Below are positions 23,864 through 36,639 of a stretch of 64,000 bases of DNA, piece by piece. The first letter of the stretch is position 1, and each line of letters starts with the position of its first letter. Made by a program: the position numbers and the translations under genes. The stretch spans positions 7,634,691-7,698,690 of the forward strand of contig CM121342.1 in the NCBI GenBank assembly GCA_051530055.1. Direction: 5' to 3'. Below the pieces are notes generated by a model. The model saw only the letters and a list, made by a program, of their open reading frames with translations. It made no database searches and was not told the origin of the DNA. Source of the stretch: Neoechinorhynchus agilis. Its lineage: Eukaryota; Animalia; Acanthocephala.

Positions 23864-26151
23864 GCGAGGCTTATTTGTAAAATAAATTAACATGGTTTAT
23901 TAAAGCTGTTTTCTATTGGTGCAAAATCTAGCGTCTAATTTTCCAATCAGCATATAAAGCCTATTCTATTTTTTATTAAGTTTGCATCAAATTTTTGTAG
24001 CGTAAAAATTAATTTAAATAATATTTCTAATAATCTGACATTATTTCAGGTCCAAAAATATTGGTTATGTTGGTTAGAAATTTCTTAAAAAAAATAATTA
24101 AATAGTGGGTTTGTTGATCACAGCAACACGGTTGAATTACTGTAACTTTTATCGATATTATATATTGACAAGGAGAGCTCTGGGTGCGCATTGTTTAATA
24201 TTAGCTGTTAACTTTCGATTTATAACTTAATTTGCGTAAAAAAACTTCACGGAACTTGGAAATTATGCGTAATCCACTGTACTAAAATTTACACCGCGCT
24301 TCATTTGTATATGTACTTGACAAAAAAAGTGTCACTGGCCCGATGTAAAAGACAAATGGGATTGCGTGCGTACATTTTTTTATTCTTCACTTTAAGCAAA
24401 TTTTTCTGTCATGTTTCGATCCAGATATGCTCGGATAGATTTTCTGTATCAACAAAATGTTTAGTATAAATTTCAAATAATTTCTAAATAAATTGTATTA
24501 ACATAATTGCACCGGCACTCCTTAAATGTTATTTCAAAGATATTCAAAAACTGCAATCTCAAGACGTAAAAATAATGTGAATAAAAAGAAGGCATTCTTT
24601 AAATGTATTAATCATTTTTCCGACTAGTTAAAAAATTAAGATTACGAGGGTTTTGCGAATTAAAATAAGGGCGATATAAACCAATAATTTACTGTTTTGT
24701 TTCATTTCCAAATAGTGCTTTTCACAAATTTCGGGATTGGCGATTAAATCAAGTTTCTCGATCTGCACGGCTGCCACATTCTGGAAATAATTAGACGAAA
24801 TAAAAGGGAAAATGTAAATAAAAGGATACCAACTCGTAACATGCGCCTACACAAGCACCCTGAATTTCTTGTAGAATCCTATACAATTCATTTAATAAAT
24901 CTCTTAATTCTTGCAATATACGAATAAAGTTGTTTTCTATGACGAAAAATTAAAGGAATTAATTAAGTCCGATATTTCAATTCAATAAAATATGTTTTGT
25001 CCAAGAGATTATGATCACCACAATTCAAACTCCATCATCCCTAAGGATTTACTCTGGATGATATAAATAAAGAGAGCCATCAGTGCTATAAATTCTTAAA
25101 TGTTGTGTTTTAAAATTATTTGCTCGCATTCAGAAATTATTCGTGCCTCGAAAAGGTCACGCTTTCAAGCAACATATACGAAATATCATTTAATTTGACT
25201 ACAATAAATCAATTAATTACTGTCCAACTCTTAGGATTATTTAAATTTAGATTATTTTAAATTATTGTGACAAATAAAATGCAATTATATTTTATTTCTA
25301 TAAAGTCATAATTCGTTAAATGGGTGTTGGAAAACTCCATGCTAGAGCATAGTTAGTTGTGCTAAATCATTTAAAGACTAGACAGCCAATAGATTCATCA
25401 AGTTCACAACCAATTGGAAGCCTTTGTAAACAACACGGAAACCTAAGGCGAATCTATTGCACTTGAACTCTTGCTTTCCTCAAAGATCAGACGGGAAGTA
25501 AGCGAATCACTTTTGATCGATTACTTGTGAGGAAAATATGACAGGTCAAATGGTCGGCTTTAAGATAAAATTCTTTTAAGGAGTTGTTTAAAAGGCGAGA
25601 TTTATAACAGTATTAAATAACATTGTTTTTTGGTAGTAAGGAATTTCTTAGTGTAATCTGCGAGCGTTCAATTTCCTTCATGGTGCCTTCTGTTGAGAAT
25701 AAGCTTATCACGCAGAGGTAATAAATAATCTTGATTTCAGGACATGCCCTCTAAGCCGCATCCTCGTTTCCGCCGCACATGATATTTATAAACGGATCGT
25801 CTTATCTCAGACAAGATTAATCAACGTAGAAACTAAAATAGATACACTTTTAACAGAATGTGACATTTGCGCTTTGCATGATGCTACTCTACCATAAGAA
25901 AGAGGGCAGCCAATTATAAAACACGATATTTTCCTAAGCGCGCGAGAGATGAAGCCCAGATTGTCAATCTCGGCGTTAGACAAGAACGACGCTTGTGATT
26001 GGCTGATTTATAGAGAAAGCTTCTTCCATGAAAGCAAGACACGGGTGTGAATATCGAGACGTAGTTTACGCCATTAGTAGACGAGATTCTTTTAAGGCCA
26101 TCTTCGTTCTGGGATTCTAGATTTGTTACCGCTAATCGGAAGTCGACCGAA

Positions 26152-27626
26152 ATGGATACTGGTAGGAAACGTACAAATCGCCGTCCCAAGTCTCGAGACA
26201 ATGATCAGCGCAATGTAAAACAACCGAGAACCGAAGTTTACCCTTGGATGATGGAGTGCCGAGCAAAGGGTAAATCTAGTGGCATTAAGGCTAAGGACGA
26301 CACAACAATTAATAATGCTGGTGAGTTCACTTGTAAAAATAGTATGGGACGGGATCGTTAATCGAAAATTAAAGTAAGAACTTTTACACTTGATTTTTTT
26401 TCAGACTTTCGCGTTTGTGTAATCCGCATAAAATTTAAAAAGTATTTTGATAAAAAGATTGAAACCCTTCACAATCATTTTATATGGATGTTAATTTGTG
26501 GGTTTCGATATGGGTCAAAATATTATCGTCGTTTAAAGTATATTTTCTCCACTAGAATTTTTTAATCCAAAGTATGCACGATCGATATCAGTTGAATCTC
26601 ATTTATTTTTTAGGTATTTATGCATTTCTTGAATACATTGAGCAACTAATTAACTATTTTTCGATGTGCAAATCACATTCCCTCCATTTTAACATCAGCG
26701 AATGCAACTATTTAAATTAGTCAGTTTCAATGTTTTCATTTATCGGTTATCGTAATATTTTTTATCTTGTTGTAAATTTTTTGATTTAAAAATATCACAT
26801 TTTTGATCGAAAAAAATCTATATTATTCTCAGTAAAATGTTATTTTGTTAAATGCTGAGTAAATTCGCTTTCCAGCTTGCTTTTAGCTTACTTTAAATTT
26901 TTTTTAGACAAACCATTTATTGACGAGGGACATTCTGACTCTCAAAAAAGAACTCGGACTGCATACACAACCACACAGCTCCTGGAATTGGAGAAGGAAT
27001 TTCATTACAGTCGATATTTGATAAGATCCCGTCGTGTTGCAATGGCGGAATCTTTGGGACTCACCGAGCGTCAGATTAAGATTTGGTTCCAGAATCGTCG
27101 AATGAAACACAAGCGCGAGCAAAAACTTCGATCAAAAAATCAACAGAGCGCATGCACGTTCAACGAATTGGAGCCTTGTATGATTGATGCAAATAACAAC
27201 GTAGGAGACAGTTCTCAATACCCAACGGACTCTAATCAATACAATCGACAACATGATGAATTGTTCAGATCGTCCCAAGTCGCCAACGCTAATCAATCAT
27301 ATTTGGCTCCTTATATGTGGCCAAGGAACTACTCAAGTCTACCCTGCACACTTGGTTTCATGCCGCCAGCCAATCCTCATACATCTGCAAATACCATAAA
27401 TCACAATCAATGGGCCGTACCAGTAGCAAACACACAACAAGTCAGTGATGCTGGAGGCCACGTGTACCAAGGACCGTCTTCGATATTCGCCATTAACTCC
27501 CCTATTTCAACAATGAATCAACTTTCCGAGAACAGAAACAATAATTTGTTCACTTATCCCATATTCCACGGTGTACAAATGGCACCTCACAACGATAAAT
27601 GTGAAAATGATTTTGTTTATCAATAA
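26152..27626 (+). CDS. Hox gene, most similar to paralogy group 3
   Basis: Exon 1 contains hexapeptide VYPWM; phase-1 intron 26321-26907; homeodomain [60 protein letters not shown]. The long linker and long C-terminal tail are Hox3-like. Confidence 0.85.
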
Positions 27627-28627
27627 ACCTGTAGATTTAATCAGTCAAAAATTCACAATTTTTTGTGTTACTGAAGATTGCATGATTTTAAGCTTTATTT
27701 AATATCTCTACCTCTTTTATAGTTAAATTTTTTGCAATAAAAGAATTTGCGTCTACTTTGTTCAAATACTTGCAAAATTTATTATTAGAAATCTTTACAA
27801 AAAAATACTTTATTGATACAACAGACTCATGTAATTTTTACATTGTATATTTTAATAATTTTACCCTAAAAATCAGACCTAATATTGAAACAATAGCACG
27901 TAGCATACTTGGCCAATAATATAATTCGAACAAAAATTATGAATTCTGACTGGAACTTCGCGACAATCAATTTCGTCAACGATGACTTTTTAAAAATTGT
28001 AAAATTTTAAGAAGCGACGTAAGTTCCACACAAAAATTTTCTCAAATAGTTAAGGGCGTCTTTGAGTCGAGTTCGCTGCTTATAAAACTAATTACGATCT
28101 CCAATTAAAGAATAATAATTTTAGTTCAAAGGCGGTGACTTTGTTGCTAAGAGCAAATAAGATTCAAATTAAAAAACCACTTTGAAATCTGATTTAATTC
28201 GGCTTTACGTTTTTAGAGCTGAACTATTTAGGTCTAAAAACAAAACGTGATAAAGTTTTCAAAGAATCTTTCTCAAATGAGTCATTTCAGCGTTGAGGTA
28301 ACCTCACGGTTAAATCAACGACGTTTCTAAAACGCTTTGAGTGTGTGTGTGAGAGTTGGAGATACAAGACGATGTGAGTTCCTTTCTATCAAAAAAAACT
28401 GTTTTTTACGTTCGGACTTGCCTACACTGTCGTTTTGACAGCATATTTTGTATGAGATCTCGTACGCTGTCGTAGACGACTTTTAGACTACCAAAAACAC
28501 TCTAAAGTGAGCGCGTATAAATGCTCACAATTTTTTGTTCGACTCACTCTCCATAAATCCTACCGTCGTTAAGTCCGCGCTATAAACCTCACTTTGCTTC
28601 GCATTGGAAAAAGTAGTAATGCATTCG

Positions 28628-29733
28628 ATGCGAAATGAACGAGTCCGGAGAATGGTGAGTTTTTTTGCAATTTGATTGGATGATTAATATATTCCAAAAA
28701 ATTATAGTCTAAATGTCATAACAGTGAAAATGAGATTGGGAAAATCAATCGTATGTTTTCAACACGATCGAGAAGTTTTCCCAGATCACAGAAAGAGATA
28801 CGATGCATGAATCCATCTCATAATTATCAGACCAAAATTCAAAAAGATCTCTGTAAGGATTTGGGGATCGATAAACCCGGGCAATCATTAAAGAATCCAT
28901 GGGGAAATATATCTTATGCGCAAATGATATGCTATGCGATTAACACAAGCGTTTGGCGAAGACTCACACTAAGTCAAATTTGTCAATGGATTTCTACCAA
29001 TATTCCTTACTTCAGCACTCGGACCGATCCAAAGAGTAGTTGGGGATGGAAAAACTCCATTCGGCACAATTTATCATTGCATAAGAAGTTCGTTCGAGTT
29101 CCTCTTATAAGTAAGAATTTTTTGAATGGAAAAGGTAATGTTCTTAAAGCAAGTGGTATCAAATATGTTTGGACTGTTCAAGCATGCGAGGAGAAGTCAG
29201 GATCTCCTTATAAGAAATACGCTTCAGCGAGGAAACAAAAACGGAAAAAGTTGGAAACTTCTTATCCATCAAATAACAATATATCACCGACATATCCGTA
29301 CGCGCAAAATGCATCAATGTGTTCAAGAAGTCGTAATGATGATCGCCGCCGAATCGCCGAATCAAGCACAAGTGAAAAACCAAAAGTAGTCCTCAGCAGA
29401 AGTGATATTCGAATTATCTCATTTGTTTGCACTCCACTAAAACCTCCAGTGGAAATCAATCACGAAGTGAGTCAAATTGAAACAAATGTTCACATTCAGA
29501 ATGTAAACTTTAATTCAAACCAAATCAAGGTGGAGCCCTCAGATCATTCAACAATGTCAGATCAATTTATGCTTGTGAATAAGAGGAAGTCTTCAAGCGA
29601 TCTGGTATACACACAGAAAAAAACGAAAGCTTCATCAGGTGCAGTTTCCAACGGTTCGTTGTTGCACTCGTCCATTGAAAATGCTGAGTATCAGTTTGAT
29701 GCAATGATAAGATCGTTTCTCGGTCGTAATTAA
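28628..29733 (+). CDS. FOXO: FoxO-subfamily forkhead transcription factor (divergent)
   Basis: NPWGNISY, LTLSQI, PYF..RTDPKSSWGWKNSIRHNLSLH with the FoxO-specific helix 2-3 insert; C-terminal FDAMIRSFL resembles the FoxO transactivation motif. Probable short first exon 28628-28654 with a phase-0 intron 28655-28707 (53 nt). Confidence 0.82.
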
Positions 29734-30644
29734 GCCAGGACACGACCTTTAGGCAATATTGTCTTGTGTGTGTGATTTTCTAATTGATCATTTCTAAAGG
29801 TTTTTATATTTAAAAAATATCAAATTTGACGCAAGGTATGAAATTTAAGACATTTAATCGTATAAAACGACAGATTAATCGGTGTTAAATGTCAAAAGCA
29901 ATTCTACAAATAATAAGATGTTGGTTTCCAATTAAAAAATCATCTTGCTATGGAAGTTGCGACGCTAGCGATCAATCGGAAACAAGTATTAAAAAAGTAT
30001 TTTTTTGAAACTTATAGGAAGAGATGAAAATCAAAAAATTCTATTTTTAATTAGATTTTTTAAAGAACTGTTTAGATGAAAACGAGACGTTGGAACAGGT
30101 CACAGATGAATGTGATAGGAGATTATAGAATGAAGCAGCACATTTTTGATAAAAAATTTGCTTTAAAAGTCAATTTTTGCTATTAAATCGCAATTTAAAA
30201 AGAAGGCGTTGCTGAACACTGCTTTTTTCTCCATTCGAATACACTTTATCTCAGAAAACATTGGATGCTCCATTTGATGGACAATTTATCGTGGAAGCAC
30301 ACATTGTAAGTAGGAGTCGCAAAATAATTTTAACTTTTTGACATTTTAATCCACATGTTCGCATTCCAACTAACTCGAGTAATAGTCTCTCCTGGACAAA
30401 CTTTCAAATTCATAGTTTTCCGTGTTATCCTCACGGTTTTTAACGAAAAAATTTTATGGTTCGATACAAAGTTTTTCGATTATTTCAAAAAAAGTATTTA
30501 AAAATAGTGCTTCACGGTGTAACGGTAAATCACATCGCAATTGATGAATCCCGATTAATTAGCTTATTTAGATTGTTTGCATTTGAAAAAGTAAATAATC
30601 TTATTATCAACATTGCTTCGATCGGATATTAAAATTCTCAAACG

Positions 30645-32651
30645 ACCAACACGTTTATTGTTTAACAAATACAAAGAATAGGACCAAGCTGTGAAAACAT
30701 TCGGATCGGTTCGTGTGGGAATATCTGGTAGTTGGAAATCCCTTCGGAACGGTCTATCCAGTAGGGGATGTCCGTTCGTTTGAGAATATCCGGTTGGAAG
30801 GTCTCCATTTTGGTGGCAATTGGTGTTTATTGTTTGCAGGAGCGCTTGTAAGGTAAGTCTTTCCTCAGGTTCATTTCAAGTTCTGATATTCGAGAAGATT
30901 GGGCAGTATGGAAAAAGGAGCGTAGGTATAGGGAGGTGCGAGGTTGAGGGAGGGTGAAACGAATTAGGATTACAAGTGTTGTGCTCATGTGAAAAGGGGA
31001 AGATGTGTTGTAGAAATTGTGATGGTAGGATTGAGAGGCGTTTTGATTGTTTTATGAAAATAGCATCAAGGCATTCGGTGAGAGGGGGAAAAATTGTACA
31101 AATTTTAGATGCTATTTTATGAAACATTTCAAGACGACGGACTTGAGATTTGGAATGGTTGCAAAATACGAGAAAACCGTAGGTGAGGGATGGTAAGATA
31201 AAGCAGAAGTAAAATTTGTAGAGATCGGGTGAAGGGATTCCTAAATGTTGGAGGCGTTTGAGGAGATCAATTTTAAAGGCGTTGTGCTTTAGGGAGAGAG
31301 TGATTCGCGAGTCCCATTTCTAATTTGATTGAAATCGGAGACCCACAATTCTTAGGGAGGTGACGCGTAGGATGTCATTTAGAAGCTCATGAGATGATGT
31401 GAAGATGCGCAAGAGAGATGATCATTTTGAAGCATTTGGAGAAATTCAGGTAGAGTTTGTGATTGGTGCAGAAATCTTTTATGCGTTTGATTTCGTTAGA
31501 AGTTAAAGAAAGAGAGAGGTGGGTGGTGATTGAGTGATGAGGGTGCCATCGTCGCCGTATAAGAAGAGTTCAAAGTGAGAGGAGAGATGTCTGAGGTTGT
31601 TTAGGAAAATATTAAAACGAAGTGGTGACAGCAGAGCACCTTGATGGTGGGCTGATCGAGGAGATAGATCGGCCGAAGTGGAAATGTGCGAGTTTTTAAA
31701 CATTTCCGATAATTTTTAAAGAGCAGGTAGAATTGATATTGGACGGAATGATTCGGTGGAAATCGGATGTCCACTTTTGGGCAGAATAATAACTTTAGCA
31801 GTTTCAAGACATGATGGTTTAAATTGAGGTTAAAAAGGTCTATGAGTTCTGGAACAATGCAGCGAAGGGTCCAGTTTGGGATTTCTGAATTCGTGTCAGA
31901 GTTCGCGGGGAGAGGGAGTTTAGAGGCGGATGAGTAGCCGTCGGTACTAGTGAACACTTTGTCGAGGTGAGCGTCAAGACGAGCTGGGAAGTCAATAAGT
32001 TGAAGCAACTCGGAGAAGGGTGGACGAGGAAATAGTTTATTGAAGTCCCCTGCAATTAAGAAATGGTGTGAATTTGTGGAGTTTATGAGCACGAGAGGCC
32101 GGAGGGAGATAGACGTTAGCAATGGTGAATTCTCGAAGACTATTTCTTAGAGGACCTGAGAAATAGAAGCTAGTGTCCGATAAGGTTCGAAACGTCTTTA
32201 ATAAATAATCATTTACCGGATGTAGAGCTAAAAAATAATTCCAAGTTAAAGCCACCTTTGAGTATCATTTTTTAACCTTATTTTGAACTAGCATAATAAT
32301 GCCATCTCAGATTATGTATTTAATTTTAAATCTGGTTCAAAACCTTGATATATGTGCAAATGACTCCTAAATTCCCTTAATTAGGATTTGAACGGCCTTT
32401 GTGCCATCACGCACGGCCTGTGAGAGATAAAGAGTTTAGTCGTGATTTCCATATCCAAATTGAGGCCCCCTCCTGTACGGTCCTCGCGGTATGGAAGTAG
32501 GAGTACCGGGAAGGATTGCTGAATCGCTGATGAATGGGGTTAGCCACGTTTCTGTTAAAATGACTACGTCGGCTTTTGAGGAAGATGAAATGAGTGAAAT
32601 TTCATCTAGTTTAGAAAGGAGGCTACGGGCAAGGAAAATTCGAAGAAACAA
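30645..32651 (-). mobile_element. Decayed APE-type LINE ORF2 (CR1/L2-like)
   Basis: Endonuclease motifs ARSLLSKLDE, DVVILTETWL, VYLPP, IAGDFN, LDKVFT; RT motifs QGALLSPLRFNIFLN and LYGDD; large internal deletion, stops and an AT-rich interruption at about 32165-32430. Confidence 0.85.
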
Positions 32652-33213
32652 TTAACTTTATTTGCTACAAAACCGAAGTCAAAAATTACGAAATGGAATC
32701 AAAGATTTTTGCATTATGATGAAATAACAAATATAAAGCAATGGGTTATAACTACGTTTCGAAAACAGAAATGTTAGATTTGCAAAGCGCATCAGATAGA
32801 TAGTTTGGACAAATTCTTTGTCCATTTTACTTATGCTGTATAGTTTTGCCAATGGCATCTAATTGCAAAAAACGAAAGCGGTAATGGCTTCTAAAAAAGC
32901 AAAGATTTTCTAGCATAAATGCTAAGAAAAATTCGTATTTAAAGCACATCTCGATTAAACGGAATGAAGTTTGTTAATTGATTGGTGTTCGTGTAAACCG
33001 ACCAACTCTCGGATGCCCTGGAAAGCACTTTATATAAGCTGAAGGCATATAACCGTCTTTATCATAATCAAAGACGATTGAACGAGCTCAAACAAGTCCT
33101 TCTGTCATCCTTGCAAGACCGCGTCATATCTCTCTCTCCTTTTTTGAAAGAACTGTAAGCCTAATTACTATGGACTATTGAATATTGTGACGAGTTTGAG
33201 ATGTTAAAATCAT

Positions 33214-33387
33214 TTAACAGCAGCAACACGGACAGCAACAGCAGCAGCAAGGTTTGCAGCAGCAACAGCAGCAGCAAGGCTTGCAACAACAGCAAGTTGT
33301 GTGGCATGTAGTGCAACACTTTTTGCAGCAGCATCCACAGCATGGCTGGCAGCAACAGCAGCAAGGAGAACAACAACAACAAGACAT
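33214..33387 (-). CDS. Ultra-cysteine-rich microprotein 1 (57 aa, 38 Cys)
   Basis: Translated by hand: MSCCCCSPCCCCCQPCCGCCCKKCCTTCHTTCCCCKPCCCCCCCKPCCCCCCPCCCC-stop. Below the ORF-track cutoff. Mixed TGC/TGT codons; paralogue at 52800-52988. Confidence 0.8.
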   Translation of the reverse strand: MSCCCCSPCCCCCQPCCGCCCKKCCTTCHTTCCCCKPCCCCCCCKPCCCCCCPCCCC

Positions 33388-33466
33388 CTTGGATATTATT
33401 GAAAGTTGATTAAAGAGAGAAGGTAACTAGCTGAAGTGTACAAGTTTTCAAGGGCCGTTCATGGAA

Positions 33467-33474
33467 TATTTATG
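33467..33474 (-). promoter_or_regulatory. TATA-like box of Cys-rich gene 1
   Basis: CATAAATA on the minus strand, 80-87 nt upstream of the ATG, nearly the same offset as in the paralogue. Confidence 0.4.
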
Positions 33475-33689
33475 CAAAAATGTGGCATTCATCGAGACAT
33501 GACTAAGGTCAGGATGAGTCTCACTCTCCATTCACTTTGGACTGCACCAGAATGCATTGAAGTTGCAAAGTGAAACAATACTATGGCACAATACGGAAAC
33601 AAACTCATTACGATGACCGGACCAATGACAAAATATTATTGAGTCACCTCACTCATTCTAAAATGGAAAATAAACCAGTCAAATGTAGT

Positions 33690-36298
33690 TAGACGCTTGC
33701 GTTCGGTTTAGTGCTAACTTCATTGAGGCTTTTTAATTTTATAAAGAAGAAGATCAGTTCAGTGCTCCTTTAAATAAATATCGAGTACCTAAAAGTTTAA
33801 TTTGTTCTTAAGTTCAAAATGAAAAATAAATTAGTCGAATTTAATAAGACGCTTACGTTCGGTTTGGTGCTACATTCATTAAGGCTTTTAAACTTTATAA
33901 AGAAAAGATTAGTTCAGTGCTCCTTTAAATAAATATCGAGTATCCAAGAGTTTAATTTGTTCTTAAGTTCAAAATGAAAAATAAATTAGTCGAATTTAAT
34001 AAGATGCTTACGTTCGGTTTGGTGCTACATTCATTGATGCTTTTAAACTTTATAAAGAAAAAGATTAGTTCAGTGCTCCTTTAAATAAATATCGAGTATC
34101 CAAAAGTTTAATTTGTTCTTAAGTTTAAAATGAAAAATAAATTAGTCGAATTTAATAAGACGCTTACGTTCGATTTAGTGCTACATTCATTGATGCTTTT
34201 AAACTTTATAAAGAAAAAGATTAGTTCAGTGCTCCTTTAAATAAATATCGAGTATCCAAAAGTTTAATTTGTTCTTAAGTTTAAAATGAAAAATAAATTA
34301 GTTGAATTTAATAAGACGCATACGTTCGATTTAGTGCTACATTCATTAAGGCTTTTAAACTTTATAAAGAAAAAGATTAGTTCAGTGCTCCTTTAAATAA
34401 ATATCGAGCATCTAAGAGTTTAATTTGTCCTTAAGTTTAAAATGAAAAATAAATTAGTCGAATTTAATAAGACGCTTACGTTCGATTTAGTGCTACATTC
34501 ATTAAGGCTTTTAAACTTTATAAAGAAAAAGATTAGTTCAGTGCTCCTTTAAATAAATATCGAGTACCTAAAAGTTTAATTTGTTCTTAAGTTCAAAATG
34601 AAAAATAAATTAGTCGAATTTAATAAGACGCTTACGTTCGGTTTGATGCTACATTCATTGATGCTTTTAAACTTTATAAAGAAAAAGATTAGTTCAGTGC
34701 TCCTTTAAATAAATATCGAGCATCTAAAAGTTTAAGAAGACGATTAGTTCAGTGCTCCTTTAAATAAATATCGAGCATCTAAGAGTTTAATTTGTCCTTA
34801 AGTTTACCAAGAGTTTAATTTGTTCTTAAGTTCAAAATGAAAAATAAATTAGTTGAATTTAATAAGACGCTTACGTTCGATTTGGTGCTACATTCATTAA
34901 GGCTTTTAAACTTTATAAAGAAAAGATTAGTTCAGTGCTCCTTTAAATAAATATCGAGTATCTAAGAGTTTAATTTGTTCTTAAGTTCAAAATGAAAAAT
35001 AAATTAGTCGAATTTAATAAGACGCTTACGTTCGATTTGGTGCTACTTCATTGATGCTTTTAAACTTTATAAAGAAAAAGATCAGTTCAGTGCTCCTTTA
35101 AATAAATATCGAGTATCCAAAAGTTTAATTTGTTCTTAAGTTTAAAATGAAAAATAAATTAGTCGAATTTAATAAGACGCTTACGTTCGATTTAGTGCTA
35201 CATTCATTGATGCTTTTAAACTTTATAAAGAAAAAGATTAGTTCAGTGCTCCTTTAAATAAATATCGAGTATCCAAGAGTTTAATTTGTTCTTAAGTTTA
35301 AAATGAAAAATAAATTAGTTGAATTTAGTTAGACGCATGCGTTCGATTTAGTGCTACATTCATTAAGGCTTTTAAACTTTATAAAGAAAAAGATTAGTTC
35401 AGTGCTCCTTTAAATAAATATCGAGCATCTAAGAGTTTAATTTGTTCTTAAGTTCAAAATGAAAAATAAATTAGTCGAATTTAATAAGACGCTTACGTTC
35501 GGTTTGGTGCTACATTCATTGACGCTTTTAAACTTTATAAAGAAAAAGATTAGTTCAGTGCTCCTTTAAATAAATATCGAGCATCTAAAAGTTTAATTTG
35601 TTCTTAAGTTCAAAATGAAAAATAAATTAGTCGAATTTAATAAGACGCTTACGTTCGGTTTGGTGCTACATTCATTAAGGCTTTTAAACTTTATAAAGAA
35701 AAGATTAGTTCAGTGCTCCTTTAAATAAATATCGAGCATCCAAGAGTTTAATTTGTCCTTAAGTTTAAAATGAAAAATAAATTAGTCGAATTTAATAAGA
35801 CGCTTACGTTCGGTTTGGTGCTGACTTCATTGACGCTTTTAAACTTTATAAAGAAAAAGATCAGTTCAGTGCTCCTTTAAATAAATATCGAGTACCTAAA
35901 AGTTTAATTTGTTCTTAAGTTCAAAATGAAAAATAAATTAGTTGAATTTAATAAGACGCTTACGTTCGATTTAGTGCTACATTCATTAAGGCTTTTAAAC
36001 TTTATAAAGAAAAAGATTAGTTCAGTGCTCCTTTAAATAAATATCGAGCATCTAAGAGTTTAATTTGTTCTTAAGCTCAAAATGAAAAATAAATTAGTCG
36101 AATTTAATAAGACGCTTACGTTCGGTTTGGTGCTACATTCATTAAGGCTATTAAACTTTATAAAGAAAAAGATTAGTTGGGTGCTCCTTTAAATAAATAT
36201 CGAGTATCCAAGAGTTTAATTTGTTCTTAAGTTTAAAATGAAAAATAAATTAGTTGAATTTAGTTAGACGCATGCGTTCGGTTTGGTGCTACATTCGT
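33690..36298. repeat. Satellite-like tandem array, 155-156-bp unit, ~16-17 copies
   Basis: Anchor CTTAAGTT at 33807, 33962, 34118, 34274 and onward; one irregular junction with partial duplications at about 34735-34815. Confidence 0.97.
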
Positions 36299-36639
36299 TG
36301 AAAAGATTCATAATATTGTTCTAATCTTTTAAAAAGATTCGTTTCGATGTTGGCTTAAAAACTATTGAACGACTAGAAATGTCTCATTTTTAAAACTAAA
36401 GTACATTATCTCGACATACTTAGACTCGTACATTTGGATTAATTCAACATTCTTATAAAAGATTGAGGCTTTATTGAATAGAAGATTCGTTTCTATTTGC
36501 TCTCAAAATGCTATTCATTCACACTTGCTAAAAATCAAATTTTTTATCGCGTCAAAAATGAAACTAAGCCATCGCAATATACTTACACTCGCGTTTTTGG
36601 ATTAATGCAACATTCATTGAAACGGTTGAGCAAATCAAA

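Noticed and set aside
33028-33038. Strong TATATAA motif downstream of Cys-rich gene 1
   Set aside because: No ORF or transcript feature could be linked to it on either strand.
16175-36298. Regular repeats superficially like CRISPR arrays
   Set aside because: Units are contiguous with no unique spacers, there are no cas genes and the context is eukaryotic; these are ordinary tandem repeats.
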